From the NCBI RefSeq assembly GCF_009834535.1, contig NC_045727.1:12090001-12154000 (forward strand): 64,000 nt of DNA, in the 5' to 3' direction. Below are positions 1 through 12,009 of the stretch, in pieces (the stretch's first letter is position 1; each line of letters opens with the position of its first letter). The notes under the pieces were generated by a model. It did not search any database. It was not told where the DNA came from and saw only the letters and a list, made by a program, of their open reading frames with translations. The stretch is from Camelus ferus. Lineage: Eukaryota. A program made the translations under genes and the position numbers.

Positions 1-1384
1 TTCAGAGCTGATGAAGCTGGACTGGAGAGAATTGCTGACCATGTGTGAGGGGGGAGCCTGAGGGTCTCATTCGCTAACACAGGTAATTAGCTGCCACAGA
101 CGTTCTGGGTTTCTGGGGAGATGTGATGGTGCTGAACTGGACACATGAGTGTTGGTTCTGAACTATGTAGAATATGGAGAGAGAGAGAGACTGTATGGGG
201 CACCAGTGACCCCCCATGTTTTGTCCAGGGAGAGGGTGAATGGTGATCCCTGCCCCGTTCTTTCTCCTGTTTGTTGGTGAAAGGACTTCAAAATCATTTC
301 CTGTACTTTATTTTCAGACTCAGCAATTTAAAAAAACTATATTAAAATACCCATCCATTCAATGTATCAGTAACCACCGTGATGGTTGAATTCGTGTGTC
401 CAATCGGCTGGGCAAGCAGGTCCCAGTGGTACTCATTTCAGGGGGTGTTGGGGGTGTTTTAGGAGAGCATTAGCCTTCGGACCCTGGGGCTCAGAGAAGC
501 AGGTGGCCCTCCCCATATGGGTGGGCTCCATCCCATCCCTGGGGTCCTGGCAAGAGCAAAGGGCGGAGGGGGCAGAACATCTCCTCCTGGGGGTCCCTGG
601 GACGTCGCCCTCCTGCCCTGGACGAGAGGCATGTCAGCCTCCCTGGATCTCAGGCCTTGGGGAGGAATCACACACAGGCCCTCGTGGGTTCCCCCTTTGA
701 CGGTGCCTCTTGGGACTTCTCAGCCTCCAGACCCGTGTCGACCAATTCCTCCTAATCCATCTCTGTACCCTATTGGCTGTGCGTCTTGGAGAAGCCTGGA
801 TAATATGATCTATATCTCCCTACACAGAACGTCTGTACCCATCAGACAGTAGTTTTGGGGGCTCTGGTCCTGGGGTCCAACAGGAGGACTGTGTGTCCAG
901 GAGAAGTTCTGCAGGAGGAGCCCAGGGCGGGTCTGCCCTGTCTGTGTAATTTGTGCTACATCTCAGGGGAGGAGGGCCCTGGGGTCAGGGGCTGGGGCTC
1001 AGTCCTCTCTGGGCCTCAGGCAGCCCCAAGGAAGTGGGGACTCTTCATGCAGGAAAGCACAGGACCTCATCCCAGGTCTCATCCAGCAGGTTCCTCCCAG
1101 AGGAGAAGGATTCCCCCAGAACCCCGCCATGTCACATAGCCCCCCTCTCCTGCAGATGCGTGATCACATCTGGGGCCACAGTCACACATCGTGATCCTAA
1201 ACCTTTCCTTTCCTCCCAATCCTGACTGCAGCCTTTGAAGCCCAGAACAGCTACCTTCTCCCTTTTTATCAGTATAAACCTCGGCCCTGGAGGAGCGGGG
1301 CCAGGACCCGAGAGGATGCCTGGGCTGCAGCCTGACCTCCCACTGCTCAAAGGGGACTGGGGTGAGCACCAGTCCAGGCAGGGA

Positions 1385-1423
1385 AGTTTGTGTCCCACTT
1401 CCCCATCTGCCTGTGTCACTGTG
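1385..1423 (-). other. 23-RSS of V1
   Basis: CACAGTG, 23 nt, ACACAAACT. Confidence 0.93.
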
Positions 1424-2155
1424 AGCATTAGCACTACTGCTGTCCCACACCTGACAGTAGTAGTCGGCCTCGTCCTCGGCCTGGGCCCCGCTGATGGTCA
1501 GGGTGGCCGTGTTCCCGGAGTTAGAGCCTGAGAACCGCTCAGGGATCCCTGAGGGCCGACTGTTATCAGCATAGATGACCAGCACAGGGGCCTGGCCCGG
1601 CTTCTGCTGGTACCAGTGAACACTTTTACTTCCAATGTTGTCCCCACCACAGGTGATCTTGGCCGTCTGTCTCAGTGCCACTGACACTGAGGGTGACTGA
1701 GTCAGTTCGTAGGAGGCCACAGAGCCTGCAGGAGAGAAAGGATACCTGGGCTGAAGATGAAGGAGCTTTTCCCAGGAGACCCCAGCAGCTGACCTGCATT
1801 GAGCCCCAGGGATTCCCTGGGCCCACAGAGGCCCCTCCCATCAGTCTCACCCCCAGTGACCCCATGGGCTTGAGTGGTGGAATGGTGCCCCTGAACAAAT
1901 GAGAAACCTGCCCCCTTCCTCTGGCAGGTGCAGCCCCTCAGGGCCCACACAGCACTGAGCACAGTGTGGGATGTCATCCCCTCCAGCCCCTCATCCTGCA
2001 GCAGGACCACCAGCCACCTGCCCCCACTGGCAGCTCCCTTCTGAGCTCAGTCAGAGCCAGGCTTGTCCCCAGCCCTGGGCGGGTGTGGATGTGATCCTGG
2101 GGTCAGCACCTGTCCAGTGAGCCAGGAGGCTGAGGAGGAGGGGCAACCAGGCCAT
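1424..2155 (-). CDS. IGLV3: V1: IGLV3-like ([14 protein letters not shown] type) germline V segment, intact. Leader exon 2110-2155, intron 1726-2109, V exon 1424-1725
   Basis: Leader [16 protein letters not shown] with GT donor and cag acceptor. In-frame [12 protein letters not shown]...C...[10 protein letters not shown]...[14 protein letters not shown], followed directly by CACAGTG. Symbol is subgroup level only. Confidence 0.95.
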
Positions 2156-2251
2156 GGTGGAGATGCCCCGATTCTGCTCCCCGAGGGCGAGGCTGGGCAG
2201 GTTTCCCCCCAGGCCTCTCTTATCCCCTTGCTGGAGAGAGAGCTACTGGGT

Positions 2252-2259
2252 ATGCAAAG
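2252..2259 (-). promoter_or_regulatory. V1 promoter octamer variant (CTTTGCAT)
   Basis: Sits at the octamer position about 100 nt upstream of the ATG, with a GATAAGA TATA-like element near 2218-2224. One mismatch to ATTTGCAT. Confidence 0.75.
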
Positions 2260-5200
2260 CAGCCAGCATCCAGGGGGCGGCCTGAGGGGCTCTGTGATTT
2301 CAGAGAAGGGCTCAGTCCCCAGGGACCCAGAGAGGGAGTGGCAGGCCCTGAGACTGCGCCCTCAGCCCAGGGGCTCCTCCTCTGCCTGCTGGTCCCAGAG
2401 TCTGGGGACATGTCCAACCCACACTGTGCATTGATGTCACTCCTGGCCGGCATGGCCACTGAGAGGCCAGAGATGAATCTGTTCTTTTTCAACCTATCTG
2501 TAGGTGACACTCTGATGCTGTCAGGTGCACGGTCCTACCCCTGATCACAGCTCCTGGGCTCCAGAGAGGGAGTAAAATTCGTTCTTTGACAAAGTACGTG
2601 GAGTGTTCCAGAGCCGTCATGGTCTGTGTGTGCCCTTGGCTGTGAGCTGCTGGGGCAGGCTGCATGCCGTCCTCAGTGTCCCCATTTTGCATCCGGGGCA
2701 GGAACTGACCGGGAGCTGAAAGAACTGTTTGCTCTGTAGGAGAGGGAGCGGGGGCTCAGGGCTTAACAGCTCTGCCAGCGAATGTTTATCACAATCAACA
2801 TGCCTTCATGTGGAAAATAATTGTCATAAACATAATTATGATTTAAGTCCAGAAGAGTTTGTTGAGTGACTGCTGTGTGTCAGGTCCAGGGAATCGGGAA
2901 GTGGGGAAATACTGGTCCCCTCCCTCTTCTCTGTGAGGGGTGAGTGGAGGGACAGGTTGGGGATGGTGGGGGAGCAGGAGCAGCTGTGTCTGGGGGACCG
3001 GGGCTCCGAGCGCAGGGGAGGAGGGGATGTGAGATCACAGGGAGGACGGATGTTTGTGGACAGTGATGGCTTTTCAGCAGGGTGTACGTGGACTGGAGGT
3101 GGGTTTTGGGTCAGGAAAGAGGCACCACCTGCGAGAGCAGGATTGGGACATTCGGAGACAGAAAATGTGTATTTGATAGTGAAGGTGACACTGTAGAAGG
3201 ACACCTGTCTTCGAGTGTGAGGTCGTGGTTACATACTCTCCTGCATGTGGATCCCCTGATGCACAGGACACGCCCACCCCAGGTGAATTTGCCATGTGAC
3301 TCTGCTGCCCCCTAGTGGGTGTTCCGCATATTGCTGGAGGCTCAGGGCGTCCTCTGTCCAGGTGCAGATTCAGAACCGCTGCTCAGGTGTGACTCCCAGA
3401 GCAGGGATGGCGGGCCCCAGGGCATGATGTGCGCGTCTCTGCTTGGCCACTGCCTGCCTCAGACCAGGCACGAGGGGCTCCAACTCACTATGAAAATATG
3501 AGCAGGCTCATTTGCAGGGGGAGATGGCTGGATCCCAGAACCATCATTGCACAGATCTCTGGGGTCACGGGATGTTTATGCGTGTGGTTCTGGGCTTGGT
3601 CCTGGGGGACACAGGAGTTACGGACTGACTCTTGGTGGTTCTGGCTGTTGGTCCAAAGCCAAACAAGCGCAGAAGTGGCTACTGTGCCAGAGTCGGAGGC
3701 AGGAGGACACCCACCCAGCCAACGTTCCTTCAGAAGCACTTTGTTCTGGCTGATAATCGTTCCTGAAAATCAGTGTGGACAAGACACTGCCCTGGCCGTC
3801 AAGTTTCCTTCTAGACGGTGGGGCAGCCTAGTGGACGCTCCTGGTTCTGGGACAGAGCAGAGAGTCCCCCCAACCTTCTACCCGTGTCTCATGATCTCTG
3901 TTCACCTGAAAGCCAGACGATGGCTATTCTCAGGTCTCTCTCTTCCAGGACTGCCCTTACCCCAGTGCTGGCCCCTGGTACCAAGACTGTGTGCGACGGG
4001 ATCCTTGGTTTGGCAGGAGACAAGTACTTCTGTTTTGCCACCAATGTGGAGCTGGGTGTGGTCCACAAAGTCCCACGGGACCAACGGAGTATTGGATCAT
4101 GTGACAGAGCGTTGGTGTTGGCCGATGATCCTGGTGTCCCTGGAACTGAAAGACAGGGGCAGCCTAGTGGTTGTCATTCATCTGTGTCAACAGAGAGCTC
4201 ATCTGAGAAAGACTGTTGCAGCTACTGAGCCCTAGTGGAAACTGTATTGTGACTGTGAGTCCCTAATTCCCCTGGGACCACAGCCGCCTACGGGGACCAG
4301 GCAAGGCCTGAGCAGCCCGGTGATGGGTGGGCGTGCGCAGTAGCTCTCTGTCCTGACGTAGAGGAGGTTGATATGAGGTCGGGCCCACGCCCAGGTACTG
4401 AAGCCCCGGGGAGCTGCCTGAGGAGGTGGCCCAAACACCCCTGAGCCCAAGTCCTGCTGCAATGTCTGTTCTCCAGGAACCCCCACCTCTGCCTCATGGG
4501 GAGATGCCTATGACCAGTGTCACAGAGGAAAACCCTTCAGGCGGGTTTGGAGAGGTTTCTGGATGATATGAAGACACCCCTGAGAGTTAGCCATCTTGGT
4601 CCTTCCGCCCCTATCGGGGACATCCCTGAAGGACAGCAGTGGAGGAGAATTCTCCTGGATTGATGAGTGACCACTGGAGCAGGGTACCTGGTCCATTAGC
4701 CTGAACACAGAGGTGGCTGGAGGGGGCTGTGTGCTAATTTATGGGCTGAGACTCAGACTTTCACTGGACCGTCAGAGACGTGGCAGGAATACATGGAAAA
4801 GACACAAGTATGAACCCCCACAGAGGGACCCAGAGATTCATTTATTTGTGTCCCATGAAAATGCTTAGCACCGTGTGTCCTGAAAAGGAAGTGGTGTTAA
4901 TAACCAGGTGGACAGGAGGTCCTGCTCTGTGGATAGCAGTCTGCCTCCCTCTCCAACCATCGCCGGGTGGTCGCTATGACCCGGTGACCCCATGGGAAGG
5001 GGAGGATCAGCCACAGGCTAGTCAGGATGGCTCCAGTGTCTACAGCCGACCTGCCCACAGCCATTTCCGTCACCAGCCTGCCAACAGCACAGACCAGCAC
5101 GGCTCCCGTGGGACACCCTTCCCTCGGGAATCTGCCAGGGACCCGGTGCTCAGTGGATGACATCAGACCTTTTCCAGCATGGAGGGGGGAGCTCTGCTCT

Positions 5201-6017
5201 TACTGACAGATCTTTCATGCAGACTGGGAGTTGCCTTCTTTGTCTGCAATGCTTCTGGCCAAACTGTTATCCTCAGACTCATAGAATTCTGTTTCCTCAT
5301 GGGGCTTCTGACCGTGAACTCATTCCACATCAAAAGAGTGGCTGCTGTGGGCCCAGGCTCACGGGCTTCACCGGTCCCACCTCTTTCCCCAACATCCCGA
5401 GGCTGCTGCCTTAGTGATGGACCAACAGCCGATGGAAAAGCCAGTCACTTTGCCAGGCAAGTACCAACACTTGTGGGGGATGGTAAAGCCGTCCAGGTGC
5501 GAGATATGCTCTAAATCTGTGCACAATGTACGATGCCTCTCCCATCGCCAGGATTCACGGGGCCAGGATTCAAGGTGAGGGGGTAGGAAGGGCTCCACCC
5601 ATATCATCCCTGGGACCTGCTCAACACATTTGCTCCCTGTCCCCTGACCTCCTACTTGCTGGCCTGGGCTCTTAGTTCTTAAGGGGAAATGCTTCCATCC
5701 AGAGACATGACCATAAACCCATTTCACTGAGAGCTCAGACTCCCTTGTGATGTAGGGTCCTCCTGCATCGCTGGATGTCCCTGTCTGACTCCACCCAGGC
5801 CCTCCTCCCCCCACACATAACTTAGGCGCAAAAACACCATGACAGCAACATCCTGCCAGCCAGAAATCCACCACTGATCCACCGCGTGTAGAGCAGCCTG
5901 GAGGGTGGTGGGGAGGGCAGTCTGGGAGCTCAGATCTGGCGGAACTGGGCCAGAACTGTCACTGCTTTGGCCACAGGCCTCCAGGGACTAGAGGAGAGGG
6001 TGACAGAGATGCAGGGT

Positions 6018-6056
6018 GTTTTATGTCCTACTTCCCCATCTGCCTGTGTCACTGTG
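6018..6056 (-). other. 23-RSS of V2
   Basis: CACAGTG, 23 nt, ACATAAAAC. Confidence 0.9.
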
Positions 6057-6550
6057 AGCATTATAATCACTGCTGTCTGCTGACAGACAGTAATAGTCGG
6101 CCTCGTCCTCGGCCTGGGTCCTGCTGATGGTCAGGGTGGCTGTGCCCCCCGATCTGGAGCCAGAGAACCGCTCAGGGATCCCTGAGGGCCGGTTGCTATC
6201 TTTGTAGATGACCAGCACAGGGGCCAGGCCTGGCTTCTGCTGGTACCAGTGAGCATAATAGCTTCGTAAGCTGCCTCCTTGGCAGGTGATCTTGGCCGTC
6301 TGTCCTAAGGACACGGACACCGTGGAGGGCTGAGTCAGTGCAGAAGGGGCCACATAACCTGCAGGAGAGGAGAGGAAAGTGAGGGTGGGGACCAGGGTCT
6401 CATTCCCTTGGACCACGCACCCCGCAGCATCCCCTGTGCTGAGCTGACGTTCAGGGCCAGGCTGAGCCCTGATTACACCGAGGGCAGAGCCCTATGGGCA
6501 GCACCTGTGCAGAGAGAGAGGAGGGGCAGCAGGAGGGGGGTCCAGGCCAT
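6057..6550 (-). CDS. IGLV3: V2: IGLV3-like (QGGSLRSYY type) V segment, intact. Leader 6505-6550, intron 6359-6504, V exon 6057-6358
   Basis: Leader [16 protein letters not shown], canonical GT/AG, open frame with Cys23, Trp41 and YYC, ending [10 protein letters not shown] then heptamer. Confidence 0.95.
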
Positions 6551-6636
6551 GGTGGAGGCGCCCTGAGCTCTGCCTCTGAGCCCACAACTGGGGGTGGGGT
6601 CTTGGGGCCTCTCTTATCTTCAGAGGGGTTGTCCTC

Positions 6637-6644
6637 ATGCAAAT
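6637..6644 (-). promoter_or_regulatory. V2 promoter octamer ATTTGCAT
   Basis: Perfect octamer with GATAAGA near 6612-6618. Confidence 0.9.
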
Positions 6645-6999
6645 CTACTTCCTGGCCCTGTGTCCTTGGTGACCGGCTCCCTCCTGAGCAGAGAGCAGCT
6701 GGGCTCAATGGAGGATTTCAGTGGGGGCCCCACTCCCAGGCCCAGGTCCCAGGTCCCAGAAGAGACTCTGGTGCTGAGTGAGGAGGTGCTGCCCCCTGCC
6801 CCCAGCAAGCGCACTCCCACCTCAGTCTGCGCCTGGGCTTCCCCTCTGGGCCTGGGGGACCCAGTCATCCTGTCCATTGCTGAGGGCATGACAGTGGGGG
6901 CTCGGCAGTGCTTATAGTGGGTGCTGTGGGGACAGCAGTCACCACGCTGCTGTGAGAGGCCAGAGTCCCATCATCAGACCCAGTGAAATTGCTCATGTA

Positions 7000-7900
7000 C
7001 CTCAGAGGAAGTCTTTTCAAATACATCAATTAATTTTAGAAGAAAGACTGGCAAACCATTTGGCTCTAGGATTAAGCAAATATTGGGGATGCCGTATACG
7101 TGATTCAAAAAGAAGTATCAAAACTTTGAACGCCATTAGTATCAATATCTTTTGCTTGCAAACTATGTAATGGGGATGAAAAAAACCCAAATAACAGGTA
7201 GAAAGGAAATATTTGCAAATCATATAACCTATGAATGATGAATTGAGGGTGTATCTAAAGAGGCTGAACTCTAAAGAGTAAAAAGAAAAAAGAAATGACA
7301 AGAAGAACTTACTTAGAGGATGGCCAGTGGGCTAGAACAAATATTTTGTGGAAGAGCGCAGATGGGTGGCAATGAGCACGTGAACAGCCCTCCCTTATCA
7401 GCCAGGAGGGGAATGCAGATGAAACCACAGTGAGGCACCACTTCTCGCCTATCATAGGGGCTATATAATAAAAATCCAGACAGCCCCACATGTTGGCAAA
7501 GATGTGGAGAAGCTGGGTGGCACATGTGTGACTAAGAGAAGTGTGATCTGGTGGAGAATGTCTGCAAAAGAGTTGGCAGCTTCTTAAAGAGTTAAACTTG
7601 AGGTCACCAAAGACCCCAGCCATGCACACCTGAGCATATATTTCAGAGAAGTGAGAACATAAGGTCACAGGGGAAGTAGACACAATCGTCCAGAGTTCCC
7701 AAGTGCAGAACAGCCCCAGCAGAGAGCAGTGCCGACATCCTTCAGTGGGTGACTGACTGCGTCCTAGACGTCTGGACCGGAACCATGGACCAGTACTCAG
7801 CCATGAAAAGGACCGGATGCCGAGTGCACAGGGGAGTTTGGGTGCATCTACAGGGGATTATGCAGAGTGAGCAACGCTAATCCCAGGGCGACGTGCTATG
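7000..7900 (+). mobile_element. Old L1 (LINE-1) ORF2-end/3' fragment
   Basis: Degenerate L1 motifs recognised by eye (aaaccacagtgaggcaccacttc, tgttggcaaagatgtggagaa). Related copies near 33.0-34.8k, 51.5-53.3k and 60.4-62.3k. Boundaries approximate. Confidence 0.65.
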
Positions 7901-9210
7901 TGATTGTATGTTTTTCCTTCTATCCATCATTTCTAATGGTTTTCTTTTCCCTCTGTGGTTTCATCCATTTCCTATGGTTCTATGTCAAGTATCTGCAGAA
8001 ATTTTGGAAATGGAGACCAATGAATGATGTCAGGGGTTACGGAGGGTCCCGGTGCAGAAGGGAGACCCCCGATCGTCATAAGGAGCCCCCTTCAGCCTGC
8101 CCGTGGGGGAGGGCAAGGGGCTGTGTCCTGGGTTAGAGCCAGAGGGTCTGTGGGCTGGGAGGCCACTCTGGCCGTGCAGGGCCATTTCCACGGGTCTTGC
8201 TGTAAAATTCAATCTGCCCGTGTCTGCCTTTTAATTGTGGGATTTTCCCCACTTGCCTTTGTCGGGATTCATAATACATTTCTGTGAAAATGTCTCATCT
8301 TGCTTCTTCTTTACTTTTTGTCCCATGTCTTCCTCATTGCTGCTTTGCTTTATCTCTATTTTTCATTAACTGAATATTTTTTAAAATTTAATATTGTCTT
8401 CTTTTACGGTTGATTGTCTGAAACTGTTATTTAAATTGGTTTTATTTGAAGGTTGGCTGCGGGGTCCACAGTACAGGCCGACCTTGCCCGGGCAGCACAC
8501 CGCTTCTCACGGTGACACTGATGGGAAATGCAAACTGTGTCAGTTGAAAAGATTCACAGCTGGGCCAGGCCCCCAGAAACACAGACATGGTCCTACAGCG
8601 CCACCTGCTTCTCGCTCACCTCCTTTCTCCAAAGAGACTTCAGGCCTGAAAAACTCAGGTTTGGGCCTCCGACTCCCTGGATCCTTTCTTGAAAACCTCT
8701 AAGTGAAATATCTCAAGTTTACGCTCTACCCGATCTTAGAAGTCCTCGAGTCCATCCAGTAGCTCGCTATCAAATACTGTCCATGTGTTCTGGCACATTC
8801 TGACATAAAGGGAAAGCACGTGGTCATTTGGAGACTCCCTTTTTGATTCACCCCCAGATCTGGTCATTTATGTGGACCTGGGACTCCTTGTTCTGGGCTG
8901 GATGTCTGTTTAGTATGTTTTATCCCAATCCTTGGGATAGCGACCGAGGGAAGACAGAGTGGGGAGTGTGACCCTCCTCCACGGGGCTGGGGTGGGTATT
9001 TCAGACGTTTTGATGTGATTAGCTTGTGGCCCTCACATTGTAACATGTGTCAGCCAGCTGCAGGGATTTAGGCAGCTGAGGCATCAATAAATCTCTGGAC
9101 ATTATTTGCCTCAGGGTATTTGAACCCTGAATGGAGCCCAGGGACTCCCTGAGAAGTGCTGGTGAGTTCCAGTCACGTGATAAGGAGATGAGAGAGGAAG
9201 GAAAACAAAG

Positions 9211-9341
9211 NNNNNNNNNNNNNNNNNNNNNNNNNNNNNNNNNNNNNNNNNNNNNNNNNNNNNNNNNNNNNNNNNNNNNNNNNNNNNNNNNNNNNNNNNN
9301 NNNNNNNNNNNNNNNNNNNNNNNNNNNNNNNNNNNNNNNNN
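9211..9341. other. Assembly gap (131 N)
   Basis: Run of N. Confidence 0.99.
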
Positions 9342-9479
9342 AAAGAGGGGACACTCCTGACATCTGCAGCCCTCACATCCGTGGCCGGTCCCACAGGCAC
9401 AGCTGGGATCCACAGCCCCCTCCTTCTGCTGCTCAGGCTCTGTTTCCTTTGCCTTCCGCAAGCGTCTCAGGTCATCATG

Positions 9480-10450
9480 GTTCTTGACCTTGGGGTGGGG
9501 GGTGGTGACTCATGCTTTCTTTCCCGAAAGTTCTGGGCTATTAGAAGACCTGTTTGGACTGCCTGGTTGACCTTGGTTTGTGGTGGCCCACGATGCTGAG
9601 TCCTTGCCTAATTTCTGGCCCGGTCGCCATTGACACCTGTTCATGAGGCCATGGGATGAAGACAGAGAAGGCTGGGAAAGATGCTGCCTGGGACCTGCAG
9701 AGTGAGTCATCCTGGCCCTTTGTTACAAAAGTCCCTCCTCCACTCAGTCACCCGTTCGAGGCTGCTCACACTGGACACAAATATCTTCACTTTTTTTGTT
9801 TTGCCCACTGGGAGCGTTCTATCCACGTATCTTTCCCCAATTAAATTTTTTGACCAAATTTCCTATCATGTTTCTTCCAAGTTCCTGATCATCCAGCCAA
9901 ACCAATTAATAGATGTATAATCGCATGCTTGGCCATTTCTCCTTCCAAAAAGTGCAACCAGGTGCGCTGCCGGAAGTGCTGCCCACGGAGGGTGTCCTCT
10001 CACCGTGTCCCTGGAGGACACCCCGAGCGGGGCCGCGGTGACACGGCTGCCCACTTGTGCTGCGCTCTTTGACGGGGGCACCTGGTCATATAGTTCCGTG
10101 GTTCAGATGGCACCCAGTTCATGGCGGGCAGCTCAGGCCACACGGTAATTATACTCTGGAACTGGAGAAATGACCACAGGATGGATTCAGGGACCTACTC
10201 GAGCCACCTTGAGACAGACCTGAGATAAAACACCATTCACTGTTCAGCTGATCTCCAGAAACCCCGACTCGTTGGAGGGCCACGGTGAGGTTTGGTGTTC
10301 CCAAAACAAATGTCAGTTCATAACCGGGGTCCAGTAGTCCCTGAAAAGTCTGATTATTTCCTTTTCCCCAAAGCACAGTTACCCCGATAAAGGCTATTGG
10401 TGCCTTGGGGAAGCCCGGGAGAAAGATCAACAGTATGAATTCTCAGTGAT
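9480..10450 (-). mobile_element. ERV-L (class III) internal relic: protease plus RNaseH/integrase remnants
   Basis: ORF 10149-10430 reads GVTVLWGKGNNQTFQGLLDPGYELT, resembling ERV-L protease VTVHWGKGNNQTFxGLLDTGSELT. 9500-10000 gives frameshifted pol-like peptides. Compared from memory of the family. Confidence 0.8.
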
Positions 10451-10789
10451 GCACCGGAGCTCCCCCTCCAGGGGACGGAGCCTCCCTTTCCTTCATGGGG
10501 GTCTGGGTCTGTAAACTGGCTCCAGCCTGGGAATCCACTGACTGAAGGGCTGTGACCCTCTTTTTGTGATCTGAGTTAAACTTTTGCTCACTGGACCTAT
10601 ACGTGTTTTTCTTATAAGCCCAAGTAAGTGTTTAGCCCGCTTCCTGCCTATTTCACCCCTAGGAATACCCCGATCACCAAGCCAGTGTCACTGATCTGTG
10701 CCCGGCAGACTGTTCTGATGGCCGCTGGGACTCTGCTGGCTTTGATTGTAACCTTGCCTTTGGGAGGGGATGGCCCCCATGCAGAGGGC

Positions 10790-11168
10790 TGGAGAACCAT
10801 GAAAGTCAGTGATTTAATTCAGTTTGAGTCCAGAGTCCTGTGACTCGGGGGCCAGTGATGTAAGTCCAGGTCTGAGTTCAACAGCTGAAGACCCAGCAGT
10901 GCCAGTGTCCCAGGTCAGGAGAAGACGACTTTTCTGATGACATGTAGGGGGCACACGCCCCTAACCCCACCTTTTTGTTCTATTCAGACCCTCCACTCAG
11001 GGACCCTGCCCACCGCCACTGGCACCAGTATTCTTCTTGACTAAGAAATGGATTCCAGTGCTAATCTCCTCTGGAAACAGACTCAAAGGCACATCAAGAA
11101 ATGGTGTTTTTGCAGCAACATGAGCATCTCTTACCTTAGGCGGGTAGACATGGACCACTAACCATCAC
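10790..11168 (+). mobile_element. MaLR LTR (MLT1-like)
   Basis: 3' end gctaatctcctctggaaacagactcaaaggcacatcaagaaat...actaaccatcaca matches the MLT1 terminus pattern. Confidence 0.7.
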
Positions 11169-11393
11169 ACTGCTGATGAAGACCTGAAAAGAGTGGCCCG
11201 TTTGAGACCCAAGACTCCTGGGAAGATGAATCACTTACCCTCCCAAGGGAATGATGCAAGGTGCATGTTTCCTGTCACCTTCACTGTGGGAGGAGAGAGG
11301 TGCCCAGACATGTCATTGCAGAACTGCATAAGTCCGCTGCTCAGGGCGTGGAAGCATCTTTTGAGCAAGGAGAGAGCCTGTGAGCTCAGGGCA

Positions 11394-11432
11394 GGTTTTG
11401 GTCTCACTTCCCCATGAATATGGACCACTGTG
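11394..11432 (-). other. 23-RSS of V3
   Basis: CACAGTG, 23 nt, ACCAAAACC. Confidence 0.92.
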
Positions 11433-11896
11433 CACATTGTAGCTGCTTCCATATGAGGCACAGTAATAATCAGCCTCGTCTGCAGACTGGAGCCCAGAGA
11501 TGGTCAGGGAGGCCGTGTTGCCAGACTTGGAGCCAGAGAAGCGATCAGAGATCCCTGAAGCTCGTTTATTGACCTGATAAATCAGGAATTTTGGGGCCGT
11601 TCCTGGGAGCTGTTGATGCCAGGAGACATAATTTCCAGACCCAACATCACTGCTGGTTCCAGGAGATGGTGACTGTCTTTCCCAGAGTGCTGGACACCGA
11701 GAGAGGCTGAATCAGGGCAGACTGGGCCCAGGACCCTGAAAAGAGCAAAAACACACTCGGATCAGTTCAGCGCTGGGCCCCAGGTCTCCCTGAGTATATA
11801 GACAAAAAAGATCAGCCAGATTTCCCCATGCTCCTTCCCTGGAGCCTCACCTGTGCCCTGAGTGAGGAGGTTGACAAGGAACAGAGCCCAGGCCAT
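11433..11896 (-). pseudogene. IGLV2: V3: IGLV2-like pseudogene. Leader 11851-11896, V exon 11433-11735, 5-nt deletion removing Cys23
   Basis: accatctcct|ggaacc versus accatctcctgcgttggaacc in V5. Exon is 303 nt vs 308 nt, giving ISWNQQ*. The rest reads [20 protein letters not shown]...[12 protein letters not shown]. Confidence 0.92.
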
Positions 11897-12001
11897 GGTG
11901 GAGATGCCCCAGAGTGCTGCCTTCTGAGCCCCCATCCCTGGGCCTGGTCCCCCAGACCTCTCTTATACCCTCCCCCTGTTGCAGAGGAGAGCAGGGCCTC
12001 C

Positions 12002-12009
12002 ATGCAAAC
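12002..12009 (-). promoter_or_regulatory. V3 octamer variant GTTTGCAT
   Basis: Position homologous to the V4 octamer. Confidence 0.7.

Larger units (their letters stand above)
1..6056 (+). repeat. Segmental duplication A, copy 1 (copy 2 about 43600-50371)
   Basis: Colinear similarity, with V1 matching V9 and the V2 3' flank matching the V10 3' flank. Offset about 43.7 kb before the LTR and 44.3 kb after it. Confidence 0.92.

Noticed and set aside
3429-4235. 268-aa ORF
   Set aside because: The paralogous region at 47.1-48.5k is broken by an LTR and stops, and there is no recognisable domain.
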